Source: Pecten maximus (taxonomy: Eukaryota). Taken from it: a DNA stretch of 64,000 nt. The first letter of the stretch is position 1; each line of letters opens with the position of its first letter. Shown in pieces: positions 12,379-26,700 of the stretch. Below the pieces are notes generated by a model, which was not told the origin of the DNA, searched no databases, and saw only the letters and a list, made by a program, of their open reading frames with translations. The position numbers were made by a program, and so were the translations under genes. The stretch covers positions 28,644,001-28,708,000 of the forward strand of contig NC_047021.1 in NCBI RefSeq assembly GCF_902652985.1. The letters run 5' to 3'.

Positions 12379-15300
12379 ATGGTTGCCTGTATAAGACAGG
12401 CAAGGTATTCAAGCTCCGCTTGTGTGTCTGGCCTTAGTAGCTTCATGATTAGTACTCCAACAATGTTAGAGGATAACACGGCGAGAAATTTATGACAGAC
12501 GACGTGTAACCTCTAACTTCCCAAGGCGGATTTACACTACGCAGAATGTCAAATTTTCAAAGTCAGGATTTTGATCATGTCCGGCAGCTGATTTACGTTT
12601 AAGTTTTTAACGGTGTCATTTTATTACCTCTATTTCATGAATCCATCATTAAATCCACAAATTACACTTAAAGACACACAATCACGATTATTTACATTTC
12701 CATGCTTTATTCCCGTAACAACTCAGATTGAAAATGGCGGCCCGGTAAATACAAAAAACGGAATATAAAGTAAAAACAAGCGGAAAAGCTATTTGCTTTG
12801 CACTTTATATTTGTTCCGCTTGGTACACACATTCCGTACTTTTTACGAAATGTTCGAAATAGGTCACGTGAAGTGGTGGAATGGGGTAGCAAGTTGTTTT
12901 GTGTCAAAGTATTATTAATTTGGTGTGAATTAGTGATTGGACTGTTTAAATGGGATATATAATGCCTAAACTGTAAGCCCAGACTTATAAATACCGATAT
13001 TGCCATCTCTTTCTTTCCGCCCTAAAATTAGGGCGGAATTTTCGCAGTGTCAAATAGGGTTCGGTTGCTTTGAAAGGTCGGTTGGCGTCAGAACCAAAAA
13101 ATAGCCAGAGACCTTAAGCTAGCTGAAGTACATAATTAGATGTGATATATTCAATGAAAGATTATGTCGTTATTCTTGACACTTGAAGTTTCTATTTTTG
13201 ACACTTTCCTTGCTTGTGTAAGCTACACCAAAGACGTCTGCTTCTGGTTAGTATTAATACGAAAAAATATTAGCCTTACTCCTACTATATCAACCAACAA
13301 GGTGTAACATTCAAGCAACCGGAAGTGGGGGTTTGCTTCGATTCACTTTGAATTCATTACTCATACATTTTAGCGAGAGTTTCGGTAAGCCTAGTTCAAT
13401 CCGATAAAAATATCAAATGCACCAAACGGCTTTCACCATACTTTTTTCATAGAAATGATAAGCCATCAACATATTTCCTACGAATCCTTGGATGACATGC
13501 ATTAAAAAAACTACCTACGTCCATACAAGTGGAACTTTTCAAAGTTTAAGTGAAAATATTATGTGCGTCTAAAACTGGTTTTCGTTAAAGAAATTTTCAT
13601 CAATGTACGTATGGATAGATCTATATGAATGATATAATCAGACATGACATGAATAGATACGGAATAGTATCTGTGTAATGGCACCGATAGGTCCACGGAA
13701 TAAAATGAACTGAACTGTAAGAAGATACTAGTAAGTGATCTATTAGATGAGGGCACAGCAACAAATAAATATGTTGACTGGACGCGATCATTATTATGGC
13801 CGAGTCAAAGATAAATTATCACGGATCTCGGAGAAAAAATATACAATAATGCAATTGTTTCGCCTACAAGAAAGGGAACTTTCGTGTACCTTGCGGAAAA
13901 CTACTATGATATCTTGCGTGTCCTGAAAGATCACGTAAAACTTAAACAGCCAACCTTTACCGTGTCATCTGGATCGGATCTCTATATACACCAAGTTAAA
14001 CGCGAGGTCTTTTCAGGTTACCCTTGTGAGACCCGACCCATACCCACCATACAAGACCTTCTGTTGGAAAACGATACCAAAACCCAGTTACATCATATTG
14101 AACTTTTGATATTATGTCCCAGCATTACCATTTGAATTATGAAACGAAACTGTGATATGTTAATGTCTCTAGCCAAGGGTGGGTAAGTTCGTTCCTTAGG
14201 GGTGGTGAGATGAAGGTGCTCGGGGTTTTTAACTGACCCGATATCGTAACGTAACAAGTTCACATTTTCTGCTTAATAGAGCTACTGGAACTTGGAGTCA
14301 AACTTGGGTATGAACGAACTGTTTACATCGACAGTAAGAAGCCTCAATTCTACTTGTTTCTTCTTCGGCAAACGAATGAGAGTCAATTATTTATTTTTTT
14401 CATTTATTTATTTATTTTATTATGAGTGAAAATGTTTGTCAAGAAAGAAGCTATTTGTTGTCTCAGTTTGATTATCCACAATCTGAAATTAACCGTAATC
14501 TGACTTTCTGTTCACATGATTATTGCAAGGCAGCCTACCCCTGTCTCGTCATGCCGATCTAAGGCAGTGGATAAGGTTTATGTGAGCCCTCCTACCAATA
14601 CGACATCAAGGATCTCGAAAAAAAAAAGTCCAGAACAAAGTATTGCAATACATAGCAGAAAGCTATAGGAACATCGAAGGGGTTTTGTCCGAAATATGCT
14701 TAGGGGTTGAAAGTTCATCGCACTTTCGAACCGCAGATGTGTGGTACTACCTGCCTGTCACGATATCCTAAAACTGTTCCGGTTAGAGGCAGACAGATCA
14801 AACAATTGTCGACATGTGAAGAGGGTAAAAAGTTCAAGGTCAAACCGACAGATTATTGTAATGTTTCATGTTTATATTTCCTTGTGTATGAGTAAGGTTA
14901 TGTTCCACATGACGTGATTTACAGTCATAACATCCCACTTTAATATTTTATCATTATTGTTTATTTATGTACGGTAACTTGAAAACATATGACAATGCAT
15001 AAAATTGACGAGCATTTTTTAATATTCTATATTTTACAGAAGGTAAAAACGTTTTCCTCTCCGACTGTTAAATTAATGTGTTCACCAGAAAATGTTATTG
15101 CATTAAAGCCAGCAATACGTCTCAGCTGATTTTTAATCGTTTAATCGCAAACGATTGTCATCGATTACATTTTTTGAAATAAGACGTTTTTAATTACTTG
15201 TTATCGTAATCGTATTTTTAAAATGAAAATTCACTGTGTAATTGTAATTACATTTCGATTACATTTCAATTACGTTAGACATGTATCAGAATTGTTTTTG

Positions 15301-17569
15301 AAATGACTTTACAAGAGTTCATCAAGTTTGATAATAGATTAGTAATAATGAATATAAAAGGTATAAATATATATAGCAATGGTAGCATGATTATCAAATA
15401 CCTGAAGGACTAATAAGTAATCAAGAAGAAACCAAACCCCGAATAATTTAAAATATATATATGAATTTTGTTGTCGGTATAACATACACCCTTGTAAGGA
15501 ACGTGAATTATAAATACACATATAAAACATCTTTCATTTGTTGTGTTATTTTTAGATATAAATAACATATACCAACTCTCCGAACGTGAAATGAGCTTTA
15601 AAATCCATGCGGGTGTTGTCGTTGAAGCAAAGGACGCTTAGTCCTCCTAAACACCTGGTCTATATATTACTTGTTCTATCTCTCTTCATTAATTTATTGT
15701 TAAGCTCTATTTTGGGTAATATTCAATCTGATGTTAAATGTTATTATCCTTGTTCTATCCCTCTGCATTAAGGTTTTTGTTAACTTCTATTTTGGGTAAT
15801 ATTCAATCTGATTTTAAGTGTTGTAAAGCTGGTTAGTGTATTTAAACTCTTACGCTGAGTGTTGTAAGACATTGTCTACGTTCAGTTTTCTTTTAGAGAA
15901 ATATTGCTGTGACCGTCAATAAAATAATATAGTAATAAATGGCAGAGACATAGCAGTTGATATATCTGAAGTTATTAGGTTATAATATTTTTTGTGACAA
16001 CAATCTTATCCTTATATTTGTTAGAGCATGTGATTGACGGACATGTACTTGACTCATGGATTCCTTTGCAGTAACACTAAGTTATAGCGGAAGTTCCCCA
16101 TATACCCACTCTCGAGCGAAATATTTCCGCCTATAGCTATACATTATCAAATAAGTGTTCATTTTATTATATTTATTTTATCTTATTTTTTTATTTTTTA
16201 ATATTTTTTTTTTTTTTCATTTTTTATCGATTTCTCAGTGATAAATGGAGATCTGAATGTAACATTCTAGGCAAAATGAGACTTCAGAATTAATACCAAG
16301 TATCCAGGCTATCTATACCATGAAATGTAAGATATTTGATGTATGACTAAGGCAGATAATGGGCAAAACGATACCATGCTTACGTCGATACATTTCAGCA
16401 TTAATTTAACTCATCATTTGATATACAAAGGTATAATTCATATACAATGTCTTATTTTCAATCATTTATGTTCGTTGGTTGGTAAGCTCTGCTGGTAGAA
16501 GTTTGGTCACTGAGGTTTACAACAAACCTCGGCCACACAACACCAATGTTTTGATATATACTTCATTCATTCCTTGACAACGGAGTTGGATACGTTGGAC
16601 ACGAAGAAAAAGAGAACAGTGAAAAGTGATAGGGTCACTCGTGTTGTTTTAGCTATTTTGATATTGATGTGTAGTAGTGAGAACGAGGAAGACAGGAAGG
16701 TCAGGACAATATAAATATATTCTAGGACGAGCAAATCATTAGGAATCATTTGTAATAAACTATTTGAGGAATGGATAACCTGGGGGGGGGGGGGGGGGGG
16801 GTTTCGCTTGCGTTCATGTTCCTCACAGTGTTATTGTTCAAACTACTTCTCGGTTCGAGCCATAACGTCTGTATTGACATACTTTAGTATGATTCCACTT
16901 TTTGACGTTTCTAGATATCCAACCTTGACCTCTGTTGGTTATTGATTTAACAATAACACAATGTTTAACGATAGACGTATCAATCTACACGTTTCACGAA
17001 TATTACTCCATAGGGAGGATGTTCAGAATTAAGCCTTAATAGGGAAACAATATGATGACGCCTTATCTGGATTCAATATAGTCTAATATATCAATGGATT
17101 CGGGAAAAATACTCAATAGATCAATCGTGTTTGGGAAATGGTGCATCTCAAATTCTATCTTGTAAAAAAAATTTCCAGATTTACACGGAAGTGTCCTAAA
17201 ATGATTTTTAAAAACACACCCACAATACAATGCAGTTTTAAGTTATTGTTTGGGCATATATTTTTTTTACCAACTTCATATCGGACGATATTAATTGTTT
17301 TCTCTTATGTGAGCATTCATTAGTGTCTTCCAATGGGAAACGTGAGGATGACTCCTCAGTTAGGGAGCTTGATTTCTTGATTTGGTTCTCCATGTTGGCA
17401 CTTCTCGCACCCTGTGATTGTTAACTCCTTGACATCCACTTTCTTATTGACGCAAAATAGTAATAAGCTAGGCCCACCATTGTTTGAAAGGTTATCAGAA
17501 AATACTATATTTAACGAGTAGATATAAACGTATTACTCATCGCCCCATCAATACTTGATATGCGCATAC

Positions 17570-17680
17570 TGTAGACCTATGCGTGTCGGCAGAATCTTTC
17601 CGGTATCGGGCTGCGTGAGAAGGAAGTCATATATGATGAAAACGGGTCAGGGAGGATGTCATGCCGTAACCAGATACAAA
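17570..17680 (+). other. Candidate non-coding first exon of the MET-like gene (5' boundary approximate)
   Basis: CpG-richer block ending in AAA|GTAAGT at 17681; the acceptor before 19667 needs an upstream exon; vertebrate MET also has a non-coding exon 1. Confidence 0.45.
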
Positions 17681-19682
17681 GTAAGTTTGTATTTACTGTC
17701 TATAAACAATGCTTTTGTCGACGTTATATTTATAAACATATCTTTGTTAAACACTGTGTTTCTGTTCATACTCGCTTTGTTTAAACAACGTATATCCACC
17801 ACTTATATAAACCACAAGTATTTTGTTACTGAGAAGATGTATCTAATGATATGTGAATAGCATAACATTTACTGTTAGGCTGTTACCAGTCCCTAAGTTT
17901 TGACGAAGAATGACTCGGTGTAACATAGTATCTACTATGGTATCTTCCTCTGGAGTGAAAACATCTTTAGTCGGACATAATCAATAGATCAATATCGTAT
18001 ATCTATATTTATAAATATATAATTCAAAATTCTTTGAGACTGGTCAGTCTTTATACAAAGTACATAGATGGTATGTGAGAAGTATTCCACAGTTTCATAC
18101 TGCAGTCAAATGCAAATGAACACAATCAGTTTAAAATTTTAATCTGATAAATTACTGTAAACAACAGTCTAGGTAAAACAGCAATGAAAACATTGTTTTT
18201 GTTGAAAAGACTTCATCGTATCTTGATGAATTACAGTGTTCCTTTACGCCATTCTTTAAACAAGGTATGAAAATAAAACAACTCTGCACTTCATGAACAT
18301 CAAATTTTCCAACAAAGGAAGTAGGCGCTATCAAGATCAGTGATAGTCAACACCATGTGTAATTCAGACCTAATATACCACTGTACTTCCGATATAAACG
18401 TAACCCAGTCATTTTCATACTGTCTACACTGACTACCTTAAAGTGATGTTTAATTTCTTATAAATAAAACAATAACACGATATATGCCATTGTCTGTCAT
18501 ACAGATAAACCTCAGAGGCGTTCAATCAATTGATAAAAAAAAATTCTAACACAAAATGAAACAAAAATCAATAAAAAAAAAGGGGGGGGGGGGGGGGGGG
18601 TGTTCAATAAAAACATATTGATCGATTTAGATAACGATCTCTCCTTTCACAACATACAGTATAATGCATGTAAGCTGTATCCAATACCTTTCAGGGATAC
18701 AAACCAGAGACAAAGTTCAGGACTATAACACTACATGTAATTTTGATCTATCAAATATATTGTACATATCAAGTTAAAAAATACCAATGGATAAATACAC
18801 TTACTTTACCATAAACCCGTAACCTCAACACATTTAGTACTTGAAATGATAATGTCACATGACCTATACGTCACGTGTCAATGACAGTCAGAAATATCAC
18901 TGAGAAGTAATGATAGGATATACCACTACTCTGCATCCGCCTACATATATGTTCATCCCCACATAGTTACATTTTATGTTAATTGAAAATAAGGATTCAG
19001 GAAAAACCTTAAATTCAGTAAAGCATGCCTTACGAGACCGTCGGTATGAAAGAGAAAATACATTGAAAGTGCATTTGTAAACAGGTTTCTCGAGTTACAG
19101 AATAAATGATATCTAAGTCTCGCTTACTGGTAATATAGTGTTTATCAGACTCGTTTTGCAAATCAACTCTTTGCTACTATACAATTATAACACTTTGTAT
19201 CTATCGATATGATTATTAATGGAGCATGGTTGATATTGGTTATCATCATATTGATACTGTTTTATTACATTTCGCTATCAAAACCAGAACACAGAATGCT
19301 AAAGGTATTATTTCATTCCCTTCAAACAGCATCTTATTACATAACATTTACAACAACTTCATAGATACCGCATCTTTGATAAAAATTCATATTGCACTCT
19401 CGTGCAACTTAACAAATCTGATTGACTGAAATTACGCGACGTCACAGAACACTTGCACGAGCGTGCGATACATTTTATCGCTATCACACAGTGTAATTCT
19501 ATGTTACATATAATCACACGCTATGTAGACCTTTCGGCATCTGATACAAAACTAAAAATGTGATAATTCAATATAACACGAAAACTTCTAAGATTCTCTA
19601 CCCGGAATGGCCCACTAATATATCATGATTTAGGTATTTCTCATGGATTTCTTTTTTTCTTGACAGGTTGTAGGCAGTGAAC

Positions 19683-20774
19683 ATGTTTCTCTTGTGGATG
19701 TGCATAGTTAGTGCCACCTTCCTGTTTTCCACAGCCACTTCACACTTCATAACCAGAGTCTATCAGGCAAATGGAAACCATCGACTTACTCGAATTTCTG
19801 TGGATGGCAACAACTTATTTATCGGAGGTAAAAACATTCTCCTGAATCTATCAGAAGACCTCGAAGAGCTCCAGCCACCGTACCGAATGTTTGGGCCAGT
19901 CACAGAGGGTTATGGTGAAAAGTGCAAAGGTCCGCTACACCGAGGCCAAGATTGCAACAACCGAACTGTTGAGAACACTGTCACGATTCTGGTGGTCAAT
20001 ATCACAGGTCATATACTGGTTTGTGGTTCAGGATTACAGGGGCTGTGCTCTGTGCATTCAAAGTCTAATGTTTCTGATTGGTCATACCTCCCTTACGATA
20101 CCGACCATGGTTTCTCCTCGGACAGCCTACTAGGTTCACACGGAGGAAACAATGTCGTTATATTCCAAGACCAGCAAAATGCAAATATCTACTATATGGC
20201 GAGGGGTTACGAACCGAAGCCATCTCGATTTCATTCTCACATTTTTTCGGTGATGGAGTTGAGATCAAATTTGAAAGGGTATTTTATGCGCCATAGTAGC
20301 CAATGGGCTGGAGAAGGACAGATGTTTATGAACATGAAGAGTACATACAAGGGAAACTTTAGCATGGAAATGATATTTGGTTTCGAGACAGAAGACTACA
20401 TTTTCTTCATATTTAACCGCAATCCAGGACCAAATACCGACACCCTAGAGTCTAAAATTGCAAGGATTAAGAGAAATTGTCCGGCAAAGTATTTTCAAAC
20501 TTACATCGAACTTCCAATTGCATGTAATTATGAAAACGAAATCATAGAGAAACAACCAGCTCTGTCCGGTCATCTGCATGACAATCCTGAAGGAAGCAAA
20601 ATACTTTTCATTGCGTTCTATAACCCAATCACCCAAGGTTCCAGTGTATGCGCCTATCCTGTAACAAGTCTTATTGAAGACAATTTTCATTTCGCAGTAA
20701 CGGATTGTGCCCAAGGATTGGATGACGATGTCCACATACCGAATTGGGTGTCTCACACAAACGATCGATGTAGT
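19683..20774 (+). CDS. MET: MET-like coding exon 1 (signal peptide + Sema); acceptor before 19667
   Basis: ttcttgacag acceptor; 364 codons; [11 protein letters not shown] and [15 protein letters not shown] Sema motifs; GTAAGT donor at 20775. Confidence 0.92.
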
Positions 20775-23700
20775 GTAAGTATCCAACTTATTTTTAACTT
20801 ACAATCAAATCTAGCATTGCCTTACGGACTGAGGAGGGAATAAGTATGTAGATGTAATAGGTTTTTATTAGTTTTTTTAAAGTGTTTAGTACATACTTGT
20901 TAAACGACCGTACCCCTAACTTTACACAGATGTGTGGAAAGAACATGTCTTCCTTCATTGCATGTTTAGACCATCAAATGATTAACTGAGGTTTCCATGG
21001 TTTCTAATATGACGCCATAATTTCCTTGTGACATGACCAAAATAAGGAAAGGAAAGGAAACGCAAACAGTTTAGAGTTAAGATAATTCTAATTAAAACAA
21101 AATTTCTCAGACTCTATCAAAATATCGTATGAAATGGAAATTCTTATTTGAACATCCTTCATCACAGCAGAAAACACTCAAAGGTTATTTAAGAAATAAT
21201 TAACGATGATTCGTGTATTATTGCAGGATATACAACGAAGACGAGGATATTTTGCAATTGAATTAATAACGAAGGCCGCAGGCCTGAGTTATTAATTAAA
21301 ATTGCAAAATATCCTAGTCCGATTTGTATATCCTGCAACAATACACGAGTCAAAGTTGATTATTTCTATTCTACCATGTACTGTTTAGTTCTGAGATCGA
21401 CCTCTTTCTAATAGAAAAACAGCAAAGAAACCCCGGGAAAACCTTGTAATTTATTTCTTGAGTATTGCATTATTTGTTGATGAAATATACAGGCAATACA
21501 GTACTACGATCAAGAGCATCTATCATATGGCATTGATTTTGAAAATTAAAAAAAAGGATAAAAAAAGAAAGAAAAAAAGTGGGGGCCTCCGTAGGATTCG
21601 AACTCGCGTCGTGATAAAAATATATTGAAAGACTAACCCATTAGCCCACTCGACTATAGTAACCTTTTATGAAACGGGTGAATATTAGATATTTAAAATT
21701 GTAACAGCCGTGACTCACGAGCGTGTATTATTGGCACGAGCGTGGGTTATTGGAAAATAATACATGGTTTTTATCCAATCAAAACTGGCGTTACATAGCA
21801 AACATGGTAGAATAATGTGTAAAATAGCCTTATTGCACAAGAGTATATATAACATGTACATTATCTATCTACAGGCGTACCCTCGCAAGACGCCATGGCC
21901 AACATGTGGTTCATACCAATACAGAGGTCTAGCTACAAGTCTGTTTCCGTTTAAAAGAAACAGGTTTATCTTACTTGAGAAGCAGAGGATTGAGGCAATG
22001 CACGTGTCTCATGTTTCTCCAAATCAGGAACCTGTAGTCCTGCTAGGCACCAGTGACGGGATTCCTACACAAGGTAACTTCAGAATAGCAATGTCAAGTA
22101 CTCATATCCTTGTTCAAATGTAATGGCCTTGATAGATTTTCGATGAGTTTTAGTTTCCTTCTTTCGATGTTAACTTTAACATAGTTCATATATTAATTAT
22201 AAATATTTGATATTATGCAAAGAGTAACGTCACATGGAAAGCCAATCCCGGTTAGGTCAATAATATTTATATTACTATTCAATAAATGTGTTTACTTATA
22301 TAGCTATATATATTCACAATCGATGATGTTTGTCTTTGATTAAGATACATCAAATGTTTTCTATTTGGGCTTTAAATCGAGGGAAAATTCTTGTTGGAAA
22401 TAAAAATGAATATTCACAGAAGACATTTCAGAAGAGAACGGCTGTGTGTTTCATTCAGGGAAGATAACCCTTATTTAGATAATTTCATCCAGCATTTTTG
22501 TAAAGCAAGTAGAATAGAACAAATAACACAACTGGTGAAGGAAGACAACTTTATAACTCGTGCCCTCACCCGGCCTCGAATTCACGATCTACAGCACCCA
22601 ATCGCCTAGCCAGAAATACCTGCAGCTTATACCGCTTTTTCTTAAAAAAAAACGTTTCAATAACGCAGTGATTGTCGGCCCGATATCCTGACATGATCAT
22701 AGTGGAAGTCGTCTATTAGATGATATGAATGCCTGGATCGTAATGTATTTGCATACATGGATGCAAATTGTATCAAGTACATGTATTTGTACTTCAAGGG
22801 AATAGGTAATAAGATTCTACAAATTTTCTTCTCCTTTACCAGAAACCTTTAAAAATTCGGAATAGTTTACCTCATAATGTTACTTATGAAAACAATATAC
22901 TTTTCCAGGTACAAGTTAGCAGAAATTACGACTCTATTTCACAAAGCAGACGGTATGCGACCTTTGATCTCAGTGGCAACAGATCAGTGCCTATTGAGAA
23001 GTCACATGCGATTGACAGCAGTAAAGAGTACCTTTATCTCCTTGTGGATAATAAGGTATATCAACAACTTATATAAGTAAAACATAAAAAAAAACATTAA
23101 AGCGTTAACTTTCGTTCGCCCTCTATAAATTTTAGAGCCTTTGTCATTCTCTCATTGCTATAGATAAGATAATAATAGTTTGAATGAATATTATTGGTCA
23201 AACATTAACGCGGTGTAGTTCGGACAAGTCTTTGGTAGGATGCACATGGTATACATTGAATGTTTTTCGACAGAGATACATAATGTATATAAACAGGAAA
23301 ACCCAATCATTTTATAAATCAACTATGAGTTTCCAAACAATTATCGGGATACATTATAATTGAAACATGTTATAGTGCCAGTCTCAATAACTACTAAATA
23401 TAAAGTCAGTAAATTGTTTAGAGAGCTGAAGCGCTAATTAGCTATCTTGGTGACATGGGTATTGTCACTAGTGTAGGGAAATACTAATTCAGTAATATAA
23501 ATATATCCTAAAGTTAACAATCACTGGAAAGCAATAATTTATTTTCTCGTGATTATCCATGAATGTTTTGTTTTTCAGGTTATGAAGGTTTCTTTGTTTT
23601 CCTGTGGGATACATACGGATTGCGACTCCTGCGTGAAGTCTTTGGACCCGCTGGGCTGTGGATGGTGTGGAGATCACTGTGCCTCACAAAATGACTGCAC

Positions 23701-26700
23701 CAAGTACCCGTGGTTCAGCAAATCATGTCCACCTGAAATCTATCAAGTAAGTAGTTGCTGAATATCATAAATATTTTTGTGCTTCCTTAAAAAGTCATTT
23801 TCCTTTCCCATTACCCTCAAAGTGGCATGGCTTACGTTACGTTCATTAATTCATATTGATCCAAAAGGTGTATTTACATGGCATTCCTTCACATATACAT
23901 GTAGTTTAAATACTTGTTGTTTCATAGATTCTGCTGTCTTTTTGGGGGGGATGGGGGAGCTCTAATTTTCCTGATTTTACAGACATTTTAAACGAAATTA
24001 TAATATACTTTTTCCACTGAAAACAGAACTTTTCGCAGATGTATTCCTGTTTAAGTTATGAAAATCATCATTTTTTATTATTATTACTTTTTTTTTCTCT
24101 ACATTTCTTTGTCATTTGTTCAATAACAGAAGATACGGTCATAAAACCGAAATCGTTATTCTTTATCAAAATCAATGAAACATAACCAATGGATGTTGCG
24201 ATGACTAGTACGGTATGTACACTGTCACCTTCGTCGGACAAATGACCAGTGCAACACAAAAATGTGTAAATCGTCTACGAGTTGTCTTTGAAACTCGAAG
24301 ATCGATGTCGATTTCGGCTATGTATGCTGCAGTGTACAATATAATGCTGTAGTAATGTAATTGGACCGATATGACTCCATTCTGCTATTCTTTACCTAAT
24401 ACCTGGACATGTATGTTCGAAGGTCTATGTGCCCCTCATGCCGGTTTTCTGTTGCGATTTCTTTCCGATCGAGTAAATTTCTTTCCTGACCGGGATTCTG
24501 CATCTTTCCGGTGTCCTCAAGGCGGAACCCCAAAACGTATATCCGTCCCTCCAATATACAATGCTTCGCAGTTTTTGCATACGATATTTCAGACGCGTTT
24601 CATGACGTTTCTTTGGGTGTTTTATTATTTAGATGTACTAGGATGACTGTGTGGCTGCGTGGTTGTAGTTATGCCATGGCCGCGGTATGTCCTCAAGATG
24701 ATTTCGGATATGCCATTGATATACGGGAATGACTACATGGTCTTTAGTTTTGATGTTGCCTGAGCTGGCCTTTTTTCCTGTATTTTGACGCTGTTTTGTA
24801 CCCGTTTTAGGGCCCATTATGGATATACACGTTTCAATTACCCTAGATATATGGTTCTGTTATTGTAGTCTCTCCTGCTGTCCTGTGACTACAGTCTCAC
24901 ATATATTAAGCTATGTGCCAATTATGCCTAGTTTCTGATATAAAAGATTTTGAGAATTAAACCAATTATGGTACCATCTTCTGTCTTTATTAGTAGATTG
25001 TCCAGGAAAGCCACAGGGCTGTTGGTTTCTTCTTCACAAATGAATTGGATGTTATTACTGGCATCTATAGTGTTGATGTGGGTGGTAATTTCCTTCTGTG
25101 ACCCGTTCTTGATTACCTCAATTATGTCATCAACGTACCGTTTCAATAATTTCGGATTGCATTCTATGTGTGCTGTGGCTACCGCTTCTTGTTCCAGATG
25201 TTCCATGAACAAATTTGCAACAATTAGTGACACTGGGCTCCCTATGGCAGTGCCTGAACGTTGCTGTAAAAATCTTATTACAATATTACAACATATCATT
25301 GTACACTGCAGTATCGCCGAAATCGTCATCGATCTTCGAGTTTCGAAGACTTTGTGTACACATGCTGCCTGTGGCATATGTCTGATGAAGGTGACAGTGT
25401 ACGTGTGTGCTAGTCATGGAAATGACACATATAAACATTTATTGGTTGTGTTACGAAAATCCTTACATAACCCCTACTTTCCAACAAGAAAAGAATGCTT
25501 AGAAATGACTTCTATACCCTTGTTTAAGTACAAAATAATAAGTCATGCGGCAGGAAAAGCACTTCACCCGCAATCCATTGTAGAGTTAAGTTCCGTTGTT
25601 TATGAATGTGTAATATTCATATTTGTATAATACATGCAGAGCTATATAATCATGTCGATGACAGCGTTGTTTCATATTCCAACTCTACTTTACAGGCTGT
25701 GAAGAGTATAGATGTTGGGTTTTTTTCTGTTTAAGATTTCTCCATGGAATGGGACTACTGATGGTCAAACGCTGGTGACAATACAAGGACGTTACTTTAA
25801 TTCTGAAGGAGGAAAGTTGCATGTACTTGTTGGTGAAAGTGAATGCCTGGAACCTTCCCACAATACGTCGAGGCAGGTTACATCACGTCACTAATCAAAT
25901 CATGTTAAACCAACAAGGAACAATTCAGATATTTGAACTAAAACTTAAATTAAGTAATGGTTAAGAGCCTATATACATTGTATATATGTTTACAGCGAAG
26001 ATATGACTCAAATGCATTATGCAATATTGACTCAATAATATTCAATCAAATATATTTAGTAATGAATTTAAACATCAATATGGAAAACTTTCTTAACTAA
26101 TGCGATAAGGAATTTTTTTTTTCAAATTCAGCGAAAGTCTCGATTTCATTTTGAAGTTAATCGTCCTGGTTTCAATTTTGCAGTATCACGTGCAAGACCA
26201 CGGAGGCTAACATAACTGATAATGTGTCGGTTGTTGTTCGGATATCAAACAACACATACTCTGCGCAGTCCGTCACGAACGACGTCATGTTTAATTATCT
26301 GGTAAGTTTTAAAACGTTACTGGGACATATATGGAAATTAATATCCAGTAGTTACCATGGAAACAGTTTCCTCAATACAAGCTCGTTAACGACTTGAGAC
26401 TCCACTAACTTCAGTACATTCAAGCAGTACAACATCCAGACGCCCCCTTTTCATTTCAACTTCCCCTAATCTGTGTTGGCCTTTCGTAACACAGCATAGT
26501 TATTGTTATGATATATGGAAAACTTAACTAATATTTTCCTATTGAATTTTCCCTTAATGTAGTAAACTGTTTGGTCGAGTATCTGTGTTGTCTCCAAACA
26601 CTTGTGTTCTTTGTTTCCTCAGTCATATGTTTAGTAGATCAAATTACCACACCTGTACGATTAGGATATACAACGACGTACGTTAATGCGATGCATGTTG

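Noticed and set aside
20403-20414. RIKR as the MET alpha/beta furin site
   Set aside because: It aligns with the structural Sema strand (RIIR in MET), not with the cleavage loop after the following Cys.
20775-20843. C-terminal extension of the 388-aa ORF as a stand-alone protein
   Set aside because: Read-through past a consensus GTAAGT donor at 20775; the GTG start at 19677 is also superseded by ATG 19683.
24950-25630. 226-aa plus-strand ORF
   Set aside because: Antisense shadow of the Penelope RT fragment, TTG start, no recognisable motifs.
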